DNA from: Candidatus Bathyarchaeia archaeon | Lineage (GTDB): Archaea; Thermoproteota; Bathyarchaeia; Bathyarchaeales; Bathycorpusculaceae | Assembly: GCA_050015395.1 (NCBI GenBank) | Contig: JBEKBM010000013.1 | Span: forward strand, 17,970 to 81,969 | Direction of reading: 5' to 3' | Length of the DNA stretch: 64,000 nucleotides | Shown: positions 1 through 9,083 of the stretch, piece after piece | Layout: each line of letters opens with the position of its first letter | Position numbering within the stretch: position 1 is the first letter of the stretch | Program-made: the position numbers and the translations under genes | The notes under the pieces: generated by a model | Databases searched by the model: none | What the model was told of the DNA's origin: nothing | Seen by the model: only the letters and a program-made list of their open reading frames with translations

Positions 1-229
1 GGACTTATGCGTTTACTGCGGCGCTTGCGTGTTAAACTGCATGGTTGATGACTGCATAAAAATCGAGCGGAAACGTGAGGACGGCAAAGTTGAACGCTTC
101 AGCAAGCCAAAAGACGTTATACTGCTTGAAGAGAAAGTTAACGGAAAGAAGCGTTTAGATCGTGTGAAGGCAATTTTCCCAACCGCTGATGAGTACCTCG
201 ATAAATACGCCGCTAAGCAGAAAGCATAA
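1..229 (+). CDS. 4Fe-4S ferredoxin-domain protein, 5'-truncated by the window edge
   Basis: The frame from position 2 reads DLCVYCGACVLNCMVDDCI (CxxCxxCxxxC) and continues into ORF 29..229. Confidence 0.75.
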   Translation, partial: DLCVYCGACVLNCMVDDCIKIERKREDGKVERFSKPKDVILLEEKVNGKKRLDRVKAIFPTADEYLDKYAAKQKA

Positions 230-304
230 TGAAACTTATTTTTCAACAGGAATACTGATAAGCAAAAACATTACTTACAAACCAAGAACAAGAAGGCAAC
301 GAAA

Positions 305-1330
305 ATGATTAAAACTTACAAAATAGCCGTGCTTAAAGGCGACGACATAGGACCAGAAGTCACAGAGGCAACCGTAAAAGTTCTCCAAGCAATTCAAGAA
401 AAATCAAACTTTAAACTTAACCTTCTTTATGGCGAAGCAGGATACCACTGCATAGCCAAATATGGCACTAACTTGCCTAAAGAAACGCTAGAGCTGATAA
501 AACAAACCAGCGCTTGCCTGAAAGGACCAATGACTACGCCTGAAGAGCCAAGTGCACCAGTAAGCGTAGCTGTAGCACTCCGCAAAATCTTCAACCTTTA
601 TGCAAATGTGCGTCCATGCCGAAGCTTCCCAAATGTTGAAGCCTTAAAACCAAACATAGACTTAGTGTTCGTACGAGAGAATACTGAAGGTTTGTACTCT
701 GGCGCTGAATCTCTGCTTGCTCCAGGCGTCGGCATAGCTCTAAGAATAATCACAAGGGAAGCATCGCTTAAAATAGCTAATTTCGCGTTCAAGCTTGCTT
801 CTCAGCGCAGAAAGCACCTAACTTACGTGCACAAAGGCAATATCCTAAGAATAACCGACGGCATATTCAAAGACGCCGTTAAAGAAGCCCAGCAAAAGTA
901 CCCTGACGTAACAGTTGACGACTTGCACGTTGACGCGGCAACTATGCAACTAATCAAAAAACCGGAAGCCTACGATGTAATAGTTACAACTAACCTTTTC
1001 GGCGACATACTCTCAGACGAAGCAGCACAAGTAACAGGAAGCTTAGGCTTAGCAGCAGGAGCAAACATCGGCGAAACATACGGCATGTTCGAACCAGTAC
1101 ACGGTTCAGCACCAAAATACACAGGCATGAACAGGGTTAACCCCATAGCCACCATACTGGCGGGTTCCATGATGCTCGATTATCTCGGCGAAAAAGAAGC
1201 CGCAGCCAAAATCGAAAACGCAGTAATAAGCGTGTTCAACGAGGGCAAGGTGAGAACAGCTGATTTAGGCGGCTCCGCATCCACAGACGAAATGGCAAAT
1301 GCCGTAGTAGCAAAACTTAAGGCGGCCTGA
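305..1330 (+). CDS. Isocitrate/3-isopropylmalate dehydrogenase family protein (LeuB/AksF-like)
   Basis: Motifs GDDIGPEV, LYANVRP, VRENTEGLY, HKGNIL, NLFGDILSD, FEPVHGSAP; substrate cannot be resolved. Confidence 0.93.
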   Translation: MIKTYKIAVLKGDDIGPEVTEATVKVLQAIQEKSNFKLNLLYGEAGYHCIAKYGTNLPKETLELIKQTSACLKGPMTTPEEPSAPVSVAVALRKIFNLYANVRPCRSFPNVEALKPNIDLVFVRENTEGLYSGAESLLAPGVGIALRIITREASLKIANFAFKLASQRRKHLTYVHKGNILRITDGIFKDAVKEAQQKYPDVTVDDLHVDAATMQLIKKPEAYDVIVTTNLFGDILSDEAAQVTGSLGLAAGANIGETYGMFEPVHGSAPKYTGMNRVNPIATILAGSMMLDYLGEKEAAAKIENAVISVFNEGKVRTADLGGSASTDEMANAVVAKLKAA

Positions 1331-2471
1331 TTGAGACAGCCGTTGCACTTCGAGTAGATAACTCCATTTTATCTCCAAAACCTTTTTTCACATAAACATT
1401 TTCCAAGAACAATTTGTCACCAATCTTTAATCCACTAAGGGCTTCTGCGTGTTGACGCCAAGCCGAAACCCGAACAGCACCAGACTCGTCTTTTAGCTCA
1501 AAAACCGTCAGCTTCACGGTTTCACCTTTTGCTGTGGTTACTTCTTTGCTTTCAGGAACCGTTGAAACTACACCTTCAACGTTGGCGATTTGGTTCTCAG
1601 TTAGGCTGGCTATTTTCGTCAACTGTGGTGCAGCAACTTGAACATTAACAAAACTGGTGAAGTCAACGTGAACTTCTATGGAGCCGTTTTGGGTTTCTTT
1701 CACTTTAGCGTTACCCAATTGCAAACACGTGTTCGCTTTGAGGTTTTTTTCTAATTCTTGGGCTTTTTCATTCCAAGCAACCACTGTCACTTCTCCAGAA
1801 TCATCCGCTAAAGTGAATCGCATGACTGTTCCATCGCTTTGATCACTTCGGGTGAACTTGGTTAAGCCTAAAACCGCTTTTACAGTGCCAGAAAGATGCA
1901 CATTCCCAGACGTTTTATTTAGAGAACCTATTTTGGTAGCAAACTTATCGATTGCTGGGTATTCGCTGGCTTTTTCTTGAGGCTCCACTTCAATTTGGCT
2001 TTTGCCGCCAAGATGCAACTCAACTTTGCCATAAAGATCTTGCCGCGTGTATCCATGAACAAGCCGAACCGCCTGTCCAACTTTCAACTCGCCCTTCTCA
2101 ACCAAATCAGCCTTATCATTCCACAACACAACACGTATGATGCCGTCGCTATCAGCAACCATTAACGTTGCGAGTTTACCAGGTTTTTCTCCTTCGAAGG
2201 TTCGAGCTGGAAAAACAGCGATTAACCGACCTGCCACTGTAACGTCGTTTAAGCCAGCGAACAAGCGGTTTGTTGATAGGGTTCCATTGTTGTGAATTGT
2301 GTTTTGTTGCACTTCAACGCCATATTTGGCGGCGATTAACCTCAGAAGCGTTTCGTCACCAAGCAGGCCGCCTGTTCTAGATTTTTCAGCCTGCATTTTT
2401 TCGAGAATTTGCTCTTGGCTGATTTCTGGGTTTTTTGCGAGAATTTTGTCGATTATCTCTTGGGTGGTCAT
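1317..2471 (-). CDS. rpa: Replication protein A (multi-OB-fold ssDNA-binding protein)
   Basis: Three OB-fold repeats (DSDGIIRVVLWND, DDSGEVTVVAWNE, DESGAVRVSAWR) and the N-terminal GGLLGDETLLRLIA helix typical of archaeal RPA; start set at MTTQEII. Confidence 0.88.
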   Translation of the reverse strand: MTTQEIIDKILAKNPEISQEQILEKMQAEKSRTGGLLGDETLLRLIAAKYGVEVQQNTIHNNGTLSTNRLFAGLNDVTVAGRLIAVFPARTFEGEKPGKLATLMVADSDGIIRVVLWNDKADLVEKGELKVGQAVRLVHGYTRQDLYGKVELHLGGKSQIEVEPQEKASEYPAIDKFATKIGSLNKTSGNVHLSGTVKAVLGLTKFTRSDQSDGTVMRFTLADDSGEVTVVAWNEKAQELEKNLKANTCLQLGNAKVKETQNGSIEVHVDFTSFVNVQVAAPQLTKIASLTENQIANVEGVVSTVPESKEVTTAKGETVKLTVFELKDESGAVRVSAWRQHAEALSGLKIGDKLFLENVYVKKGFGDKMELSTRSATAVSIRPP

Positions 2472-2593
2472 TTTGCGCCGACACGATAAAGGTATGCTTG
2501 TGCTTTTAATTTTTTGCATTTCTCTGTAAGTGTTGTTATGTTTATTAAAAACGCGGTTTCATCTTTAGTTTGGAGCGCTGGAGGAAAAAACGG

Positions 2594-2854
2594 GTGGATC
2601 TTGCAGTTTTTTACGCGCTTGGCATAGCGTTGGTTGCCGTGGGAATCATCATTATTGTTATAGCGATTATTCTAGCCTCTATGCGCGGCGCTGGAAAGGG
2701 AAAGGTGAAAGGTGCTGGCGTAATTATGATTGGTCCTATTCCGATAATTTTCGGGACAGATAAGAAATCAGTTAAGTCTGTTTTGGCGCTTGCTTTAGCC
2801 CTCACCATAACGCTTGTGATTGCTATGGTAATATATTACTGGTTGTTGAGGTAA
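2594..2854 (+). CDS. DUF131/TIGR00304 small membrane protein
   Basis: GAGVIMIGPIPIIFGTD signature between two TM helices; GTG start after GAGG. Confidence 0.85.
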   Translation: MDLAVFYALGIALVAVGIIIIVIAIILASMRGAGKGKVKGAGVIMIGPIPIIFGTDKKSVKSVLALALALTITLVIAMVIYYWLLR

Positions 2855-2860
2855 ACTGGC

Positions 2861-3157
2861 ATGTTAAGCGAGCAGGAAACTGAGGACGAAGGCATCACTG
2901 TGTCGAGTAGGCTTTTTGGTTTTTTGATTTTAGGAATTGCTTTAGTGTTCGTTGGCATAGTGGTTTTGGTGGTTGTTTCCTTGTTTTTAGGCAGTTCAGG
3001 AAGTGTTGGGGTTGTTATTTTTATCGGTCCATTTCCGATCGTTTTTGGGTCGGGACCAAATGCTGATTGGCTTATTTTGGTTGGTATAATTCTTGCTGTT
3101 TTGAGTATAGTGCTCTTTTGGGTTATGAACAGAAGACAGATTGGGTTTAACAGTTAA
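2861..3157 (+). CDS. DUF131 small membrane protein (tandem paralog)
   Basis: GVVIFIGPFPIVFGS signature with TM helices. Confidence 0.8.
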   Translation: MLSEQETEDEGITVSSRLFGFLILGIALVFVGIVVLVVVSLFLGSSGSVGVVIFIGPFPIVFGSGPNADWLILVGIILAVLSIVLFWVMNRRQIGFNS

Positions 3158-3169
3158 GAAGAAGGGGTT

Positions 3170-3292
3170 TTACTCGTTTACTTGCTCTTCATCCTTACCG
3201 TAATACACATAGAGGAAGATTAGGATTAGAGCAATAAATATTGAGCCCATTGCGACGTATTGTAAGGTTTGGAAGTATGCGCCTACATCCAT
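3170..3292 (-). CDS. 40-aa single-pass membrane microprotein, not in the ORF track
   Basis: Reads MDVGAYFQTLQYVAMGSIFIALILIFLYVYYGKDEEQVNE*, with AGGAG just upstream of the ATG; co-oriented with the SWIM gene. Confidence 0.6.
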   Translation of the reverse strand: MDVGAYFQTLQYVAMGSIFIALILIFLYVYYGKDEEQVNE

Positions 3293-3337
3293 AGAGGTTC
3301 TCCTTGCATTTTACTTATTCTTGTAACATCTTAATAT

Positions 3338-3748
3338 TTAAGGAGTAGCTTTTTTCCACTCATTCATCAACATGTCATAGCTCTCGTCGTTTTCCTCTAT
3401 GGTTTCAAACCAGCCTAGATTCTGCGCGATCTTCTGCGTTAACAGATGATAACACATGTGAACCTTCTTGTCTAACACTCGAAAATAGAAATCGTCGCAG
3501 GTGCAAAATTCAGCTTCCGGCATGATGAGGTAATCGCGCTCTCTGCCGACAACTATCCACACGGTTTTTCCGCTCGGCTTGAAAATGTACTTTTTCACCC
3601 GGTTCTCTTTTAGTGCATCAAGGGCTTTTGTGAATCTTGACCCAAAAAGTTCGTAGAGTTCAGTTAGGTTGCTGCCTGACAGTTTGCCTGCTGATTTTGC
3701 TTCTCTACAAATAGCGTTTAACGTATCTATTTCTGAATTATCGCTCAT
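3338..3748 (-). CDS. SWIM zinc-finger protein
   Basis: FCTCDDF...MCYHLL (CxC...CxH SWIM motif). Confidence 0.85.
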   Translation of the reverse strand: MSDNSEIDTLNAICREAKSAGKLSGSNLTELYELFGSRFTKALDALKENRVKKYIFKPSGKTVWIVVGRERDYLIMPEAEFCTCDDFYFRVLDKKVHMCYHLLTQKIAQNLGWFETIEENDESYDMLMNEWKKATP

Positions 3749-3794
3749 TATACACTCGCAACTGGAAAGATTAGGGGAAATTGGATTTTAGCTT

Positions 3795-4388
3795 TTAGCC
3801 TATGCCGATTGGTTCTCCCTTAGGCTTGGTTTCTGACTCAGCTTTGGGAAGCACCACTTCTAAGACGCCGTTTTTGTAGCTTGAGTTTGCTTCTTTAACT
3901 TTCACTTTTACTGGCAGGGCAACTTCCTTGTAGTACTTGTTCTGAGCAGTATCAACCGAAATCGTCAGCGAGTCTTCCGTGCCGTGAAGTTTTATGTCGC
4001 CTTTTTCTACGCCTGGAAGCTCCACGACCACATGGACTTCACCGTTTGTCTCAACAATGTCAACGAGTGGCTCGCGTTCGTCTTTAACCTGCGGTGCCCC
4101 TTTGAGGCCCTTTTTGATGTTTCCAAACTCTTGAATTTCAGGCTTGCCGTCTGGACCAATCTTCATACTGTAACCATAAACGAAGGGTCCAAGCTCCTTA
4201 ATTGTGCTGCCGTCAGGCAGTTTACGCTCCTTAACGTATTCTTTAGGGACTTTTTCAGTGAAATTTTTCAGCTCTTCATCCATCATTTTTTCCATTTCAC
4301 GGAACATGTCATCTATGTCGCCGAAAAACGGTTCTTTAGCCCGTTTCTTTCTTGACCATTCAGGGTAATCCTCATTATCTGAAGACAT
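3795..4388 (-). CDS. hsp20: Archaeal small heat-shock protein Hsp20
   Basis: GPFVYGYSMKIGPDGKP, EREPLVD, ELPGVEK, YKNGVLEV. Confidence 0.95.
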   Translation of the reverse strand: MSSDNEDYPEWSRKKRAKEPFFGDIDDMFREMEKMMDEELKNFTEKVPKEYVKERKLPDGSTIKELGPFVYGYSMKIGPDGKPEIQEFGNIKKGLKGAPQVKDEREPLVDIVETNGEVHVVVELPGVEKGDIKLHGTEDSLTISVDTAQNKYYKEVALPVKVKVKEANSSYKNGVLEVVLPKAESETKPKGEPIGIG

Positions 4389-4590
4389 TTAACACTCACC
4401 ACACTATCTTGCGTTTTCCACTCCAATAAATTTTATGTTACAAAAAATGCTTATTTTATGTTGCCGATAGGCACTTTTCAAGCGGCTACTCTGTTGAATG
4501 CGGCACAAGCAAATCTTAAGGATGCCTTTAAAAGTTTAAATGATGGAAAACAAACTAAATGGAATCAGCCAGCAAAAAAAGTGGCAATTT

Positions 4591-4720
4591 GCCGGGGTAG
4601 CCTAGCCTGGCTAGGGCGCCAGACTCATAATCTGGAGAACATAAATGGTGGCCAAACGCCCATGTCCAGAAGTCGCGGGCTCGAAGCTAGAAAAAAGCGA
4701 GAATCCCGCTCCCGGCACCA
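4591..4720 (+). tRNA. tRNA-Met(CAT), elongator type, with two introns (4638..4671 at position 45/46; 4686..4703 at position 59/60)
   Basis: Acceptor GCCGGGG/TCCCGGC-A-CCA; anticodon arm CCAGA-CTCATAA-TCTGG; both insertions have bulge-helix-bulge junctions (CTGG/CCAG and CTCG/CGAG central helices); removing them gives a 78-nt cloverleaf. Confidence 0.9.
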
Positions 4721-5064
4721 CTTATTTTTGATGCTTATGCTTTTTGTGTGGAATTTCGTCAACAAATATTAGGGTACCCCTCTGGGTAGTGCTGGAAGAG
4801 TCTGTTTTGGGTTGCTTTTTTGATTTAGAGCTTGAATCAGGCTTAGTCACCACTGATTTCCTTAAAGTTGTATATAAAGCGCCGTGGAAAAGGGAATAGA
4901 GTGATTAAACATGTAGGCAAAATTGCGGAGGGAATTAATTACCGTTTGATCTCTTGCTGGAGTTTGACTGGTTATTTTGAAAGGCTGGCGTTTAGGCTTA
5001 CTTTACTTTTGGAAAATGAAAGAAATTTAAGTGCGTTTAGTAGCTGATAATTAGGTGTAATTTA

Positions 5065-5286
5065 TTGGAGGCAAAGGTTAAGGTTACTAAAGAAGGAATC
5101 CTTGTTCCAGAGCCGCTTTTTAGAGAAATGATAAGCACCTACGTTAAGATGGAGCAGATATTAGCGACTTTAGAGGAGCTTGCAGACGATGAAGCATTGA
5201 AGGCGATTGAAAAAAGCAAGAAGCAGGTTGCTGAAGGCGAATACGTCGAATGCTCCATGAACGACTTGGAGAAAGTCCTGAAGTAA
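5065..5286 (+). CDS. Putative antitoxin (RelB/Phd-like)
   Basis: Small acidic protein with LATLEELADDEALKAIEKS...EG motif, directly followed by a RelE-like start. Confidence 0.65.
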   Translation: MEAKVKVTKEGILVPEPLFREMISTYVKMEQILATLEELADDEALKAIEKSKKQVAEGEYVECSMNDLEKVLK

Positions 5287-5287
5287 C

Positions 5288-5400
5288 ATGCCCTACACCG
5301 CTAGGTTCTCAAAAGCGTTTCTTAGAAAGTACCAAAGATTGCCAACGCAACATAAAGTCAAGAATAACGGGAAGTCTAAGAGAAATTCTTATCAAACATC
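5288..5400 (+). pseudogene. Frameshifted, truncated RelE/ParE toxin
   Basis: MPYTARFSKAFLRKYQRLP, then after a frameshift IKSRITGSLREIL; cut off by the opposing relE gene. Confidence 0.6.
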
Positions 5401-5655
5401 TCATTTGTAGACGTTTTTACGATGCCCCACGGCCAAGAGGAGAATTTTTTCCCCTTCGATTCGGTAAAGAACGCGGTACTTTCCAACTCTTGTTGAAAAT
5501 ACGCCTTTGAATTCTCCATGCAACGGTTTATCTACTTTAGGGTTGTTTTCCCATGAATAGACTTCTTTGATAATTTGAACCTGAGCTTTCTGGTCAAGAG
5601 TCCTGATTTGTTTCGAAAAACGATTAGTCAGCTCAACTGTGAACTTGTGTTTCAA
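5401..5655 (-). CDS. RelE/ParE family toxin
   Basis: FTVELTNRFSKQIRTL...KPLHGEFKGVFSTRVGKYRVLY...AVGHRKNVY. Confidence 0.92.
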   Translation of the reverse strand: MKHKFTVELTNRFSKQIRTLDQKAQVQIIKEVYSWENNPKVDKPLHGEFKGVFSTRVGKYRVLYRIEGEKILLLAVGHRKNVYK

Positions 5656-5839
5656 GGTGCAAATCCCGCACTAGCTCATCTAGCGTCATGGTTTTTCCCT
5701 GTTTAGCTTCGCGCAAAGAAGCCCGTAGGTCTTTTACCAATTTTTTGTCCTGCATGACTTCCAGCGTCTCGAGCAGTTCTTCCATCAGGCTTGCTGCTCT
5801 CGTGAGCAGTTCTTTTTCTTCGGTTGTTAAGAGAGTCAT
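5633..5839 (-). CDS. Cognate antitoxin
   Basis: LLETLEVMQD...REAKQGKTMTLDEL; overlaps the relE start. Confidence 0.8.
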   Translation of the reverse strand: MTLLTTEEKELLTRAASLMEELLETLEVMQDKKLVKDLRASLREAKQGKTMTLDELVRDLHLETQVHS

Positions 5840-6552
5840 AATTGTATGCGCCGTTGCTAAAATATGAGCGATGAGGTTCTTATCTTTTGCTTTCCCTTAA
5901 GGAAAAATTGTGAAAAGTTTTAAACGTCTTAATCTGGAGCCTTAGGCGGGTTTGTGTTTGCTCGTACAACCTACCCCTCGGTCTACTATATGCTTCTAAT
6001 ATGCCCCAAATATGATTCAACATAGAACTGCATAGAACTGATGTCCCGCACTTTCAACATAGAAACGTGTTTTTTCATGTACTTTTTGGCGCAATTAACA
6101 TGGACTTTACTGTTAGATATGGCTCTAAATAGGCTCAGTGCTCTGATTTGAGCAGAAAGCACTAAAAGAAAAAACAAGAGCTAAATTCGCACAGTTTTGT
6201 GAAATCATATTAAGCACTTGCTACAGAACTTTCACGTGGGCTGAAATCAATGAAAGATTACGATAATTTTTTCCTTCCAAGCAGTGACTTAGCAAATCCT
6301 AACCTTTCAACATGGTGTTAACAATCCTCAGATACATAGTCTAACGATTGATAACAACAAATTGCAAATTGTTAGTTTCGACTAACTTCGATGTTGAAAT
6401 GCTAAATCGCCCAATTACTGAGCGAAATAGCTAAACAAACTAAAAAATCACTCCCGTACCTGTTTACTCTTGTTTTTGACCGTAAACCCCAAAGCTCCCC
6501 AGTCTATCTTCCTACGGCTAACCTACGCATGGGTACTTGTAGAAAAGGGGCT

Positions 6553-6897
6553 CTACCAAACTTTATCTCCTTCGGTTTCTTGGCTCAGAAGGTGAGCAAT
6601 CTGTCCCGCATTAAAATTAAAATAAAAAATTTTATCGTCTGTTATTCCTTTTAAGTAAGGCTGAAGTTCTTGCATTATAATTGGTCTAAGTACAAATTCG
6701 GTAAATTCATGAACGTAAAATTCAATGGTTTCCACTCTCTTCTCAATAGCAAATAAATAATGTCCGCCGTCGGGAGGAGAGCAAATGCCATCCTTCATGC
6801 TATCTAATAGTGTCAAGTGGTTTTCCCTAATCAATTTTTTAAATGCTTCGCTGTCACGCATGAAAAATTGAATTTCGGATGTATCTCCAGTCATCAA
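6553..6897 (-). CDS. Hypothetical protein
   Basis: 114-aa ORF in the AT-rich island; no recognised motif. Confidence 0.5.
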   Translation of the reverse strand: MMTGDTSEIQFFMRDSEAFKKLIRENHLTLLDSMKDGICSPPDGGHYLFAIEKRVETIEFYVHEFTEFVLRPIIMQELQPYLKGITDDKIFYFNFNAGQIAHLLSQETEGDKVW

Positions 6898-6947
6898 ACC
6901 ATTTAGCTATTTCTGCCGTTTAGTCTTTAAATTTTTGCATTTTTGAT

Positions 6948-7511
6948 TTATTCATAGAGTTTTTCTAATAGCTTTTCTTTGGTGAACATTTCTGAATGTA
7001 GGCGGTAAATCCGTTGTAAAGGAAGTTTCGCATTTTTAGTTCTTATCTTAATTAATGCCTTGAGAATTATTTTTTCATCTTCACTTTTTTTCTGAAAGTC
7101 ATCCAACCCCAATGCTCTTTTGTACCGAACTCTCACCGTATTTTCGTCTCCTATTTGTGCGATGAAAGAATAAAAAGCGAAAATAGCGGCGAAACCAGAT
7201 AATACCAATGCTACGCTATCAACTGCTCCTAAAGTGCGAAGAATCAAACCATTTACCACAAGTATTATGACAACAGCAACAACAATCAGAGCCATCGAAG
7301 CAAACGTAAGACGTAACCCACCCCTGAACACATCACCATCCTTAAACAATTCTTCCGAATTTTTGTCAACTGAATAAATTAATGAGTTAATATCTACTTC
7401 TTCAGGTTTGGGTTTTGCCTCTTCGTTTTTCTTAGCTGCGATTGTGTCGTTTATAGCTACCAAATTATTGGAGATTTTCTCTAATGATTTCACTACGTCT
7501 TTTTCAGACAT
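6948..7511 (-). CDS. Hypothetical protein (N-terminal coiled coil, 2 TM)
   Basis: 187-aa ORF with two hydrophobic helices; shares its upstream leader with 8227..8643. Confidence 0.7.
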   Translation of the reverse strand: MSEKDVVKSLEKISNNLVAINDTIAAKKNEEAKPKPEEVDINSLIYSVDKNSEELFKDGDVFRGGLRLTFASMALIVVAVVIILVVNGLILRTLGAVDSVALVLSGFAAIFAFYSFIAQIGDENTVRVRYKRALGLDDFQKKSEDEKIILKALIKIRTKNAKLPLQRIYRLHSEMFTKEKLLEKLYE

Positions 7512-7548
7512 TTTTACCTATTTGCTGTATTAATTTGAACAGTTTTAA
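7509..7548 (-). promoter_or_regulatory. 40-bp promoter/leader/start module, copy 1
   Basis: catttttacctatttgctgtattaatttgaacagttttaa matches 8641..8680 at 39/40; on the minus strand it carries TTAAAA, AGGT and the ATG. Confidence 0.75.
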
Positions 7549-7644
7549 GCATTTTGTATCCCTTAAAATACCTTTTTCAATTAACAGTATTATTCATGCA
7601 AAAAGTCTTTTAACGTAATAGACCCCAATTGAAAATGATACTGT

Positions 7645-8178
7645 ATGCCAAACTCGAGATGGGATAGTGATTTCTGGAAAGCAATTGCAGCATTATCGGC
7701 AATACTTGTAATTATTGTCTCTTTGCTCACTATACTTCAATGGTTTGGTCGAGTAGATGTCTATACTCTTCTCATTCTTCCAATTATTAAATTCTTTAAT
7801 CTTTCAGTTCCCGTGTATTCTATTCCCTTAGCATTTCTTGTAGTTGTCGGGGGTTTTCTTATGATTTTATATATTGACGACAAATTACATCCAAGACCTA
7901 CAAGCAATAATATAAGCAATCCCTTGGCTGGAGCAGACATCTTGGATACTGAGTGTTATAGATACGTGGCACATTTGGGTAAAACCCCTCAAACAGCGGA
8001 TTTCCTCAAAGAGAAGTATCAAGAATTTCGTGACCGATACGGGCTTAGTGGTGGCTATTCATCGGAAGAGTTACTGAAAGAATTGGAGGAAAGAGATTTG
8101 CTTGTTTTTCAAAATGGGAAATGGGAAGTTACACAAAAAGCATTGGCTTACATTGCTAAGTATCATGGTGGAAAATAG
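7645..8178 (+). CDS. Membrane-anchored protein with a C-terminal winged-helix-like segment
   Basis: Two N-terminal TM helices; C-terminal ELLKELEERDLLVFQNGKWEVTQKAL resembles a wHTH recognition helix plus wing. Confidence 0.65.
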   Translation: MPNSRWDSDFWKAIAALSAILVIIVSLLTILQWFGRVDVYTLLILPIIKFFNLSVPVYSIPLAFLVVVGGFLMILYIDDKLHPRPTSNNISNPLAGADILDTECYRYVAHLGKTPQTADFLKEKYQEFRDRYGLSGGYSSEELLKELEERDLLVFQNGKWEVTQKALAYIAKYHGGK

Positions 8179-8226
8179 CCGTTCAACAATTGGGAAAGTG
8201 TTTCCAGTAATCTAGTTTTTGTGTCC

Positions 8227-8643
8227 TTATGTGGCTTTTGGTTCGCCTTTTTTTATTTCGATAAATTTTTCTTGTATGTCCTTAATTCTTTTGTTTCGGA
8301 AGAAACTAAAAACAAACCAACTTAGTAAACTTGTGCCGATTGTAACACCAATTGAGTAAATAATTATACTTAGTAAAACTCCAGAAGAAACTAAGCCAGA
8401 TAAACTAACACTTAACGTAAGTATGACTGCAATTATAGCCACTTGTATGCTGATAATTACGGAGATAATAGAGGAAAAAACATCACTTCCAAGCTGTACC
8501 TTCAGCATTGCTAATTGAAATTTTTTATCTTCTTTTTTGTCGGTTTCTTTTGATTCACCAATAAGTAAATCAATTTTTTTATTTAAGTCGTCTATGTTTT
8601 TCTTTATTTCTTTAACTTCTTTTTCTAACTCTTTAACAGTCAT
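8227..8643 (-). CDS. Hypothetical protein (N-terminal coiled coil, 2 TM)
   Basis: Heptad-rich N-terminus followed by two TM helices. Confidence 0.7.
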   Translation of the reverse strand: MTVKELEKEVKEIKKNIDDLNKKIDLLIGESKETDKKEDKKFQLAMLKVQLGSDVFSSIISVIISIQVAIIAVILTLSVSLSGLVSSGVLLSIIIYSIGVTIGTSLLSWFVFSFFRNKRIKDIQEKFIEIKKGEPKAT

Positions 8644-8680
8644 TTTTACCTGTTTGCTGTATTAATTTGAACAGTTTTAA
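8641..8680 (-). promoter_or_regulatory. 40-bp promoter/leader/start module, copy 2
   Basis: catttttacctgtttgctgtattaatttgaacagttttaa; one mismatch to 7509..7548. Confidence 0.75.
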
Positions 8681-8742
8681 CCTTTGTTATTGCCCTTATG
8701 CGCTTTTGGTTATCTTAATTAAGATAATAGCCACCTAAAGAA

Positions 8743-8991
8743 GTGATAAATATGGAAGCAATCAAAGAGTACAGTTTCACAATAGTCCTCCTTTACATTA
8801 TAATCGCTGTTATACTGTTTTTTCTTGATGTAGTATGGCATGTTATTTTTTCGGGGATAGCTTATTTTTCGCTACCGGTTTTTTGGATTGACTTGGCAAT
8901 TGAAATTTCGGTTTACACCGTGCTATACGTCGCAATAGTGATAATTTTATCAGTTTTATCACAAAAAAGGCACAAGAAAAGAAGGCTTTAA
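8743..8991 (+). CDS. Small 2-TM membrane protein
   Basis: Two hydrophobic helices and a basic tail. Confidence 0.6.
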   Translation: MINMEAIKEYSFTIVLLYIIIAVILFFLDVVWHVIFSGIAYFSLPVFWIDLAIEISVYTVLYVAIVIILSVLSQKRHKKRRL

Positions 8992-9083
8992 TATGCAAAC
9001 TTGTTCGTTTAGAAATGGTGATTTAAACGGCTGCAGATGACCCTGTGAAAGCTACCCGTCGTGTAAAAGGGTCGTGATTTTTT

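Noticed and set aside
4458-4772. 104-aa ORF
   Set aside because: It overlaps the tRNA-Met gene and is a shadow ORF.
6300-9000. Possible archaeal integron cassette array
   Set aside because: Genes lie on both strands, I could not find repeated attC-like R''/R' pairs between them, and there is no integrase.
9010-9083. Possible metal riboswitch before the COG4280-like gene
   Set aside because: A TGACCCT/AGGGTCG stem exists, but I could not match yybP-ykoY, NiCo or fluoride consensus motifs; an Infernal search would be needed.
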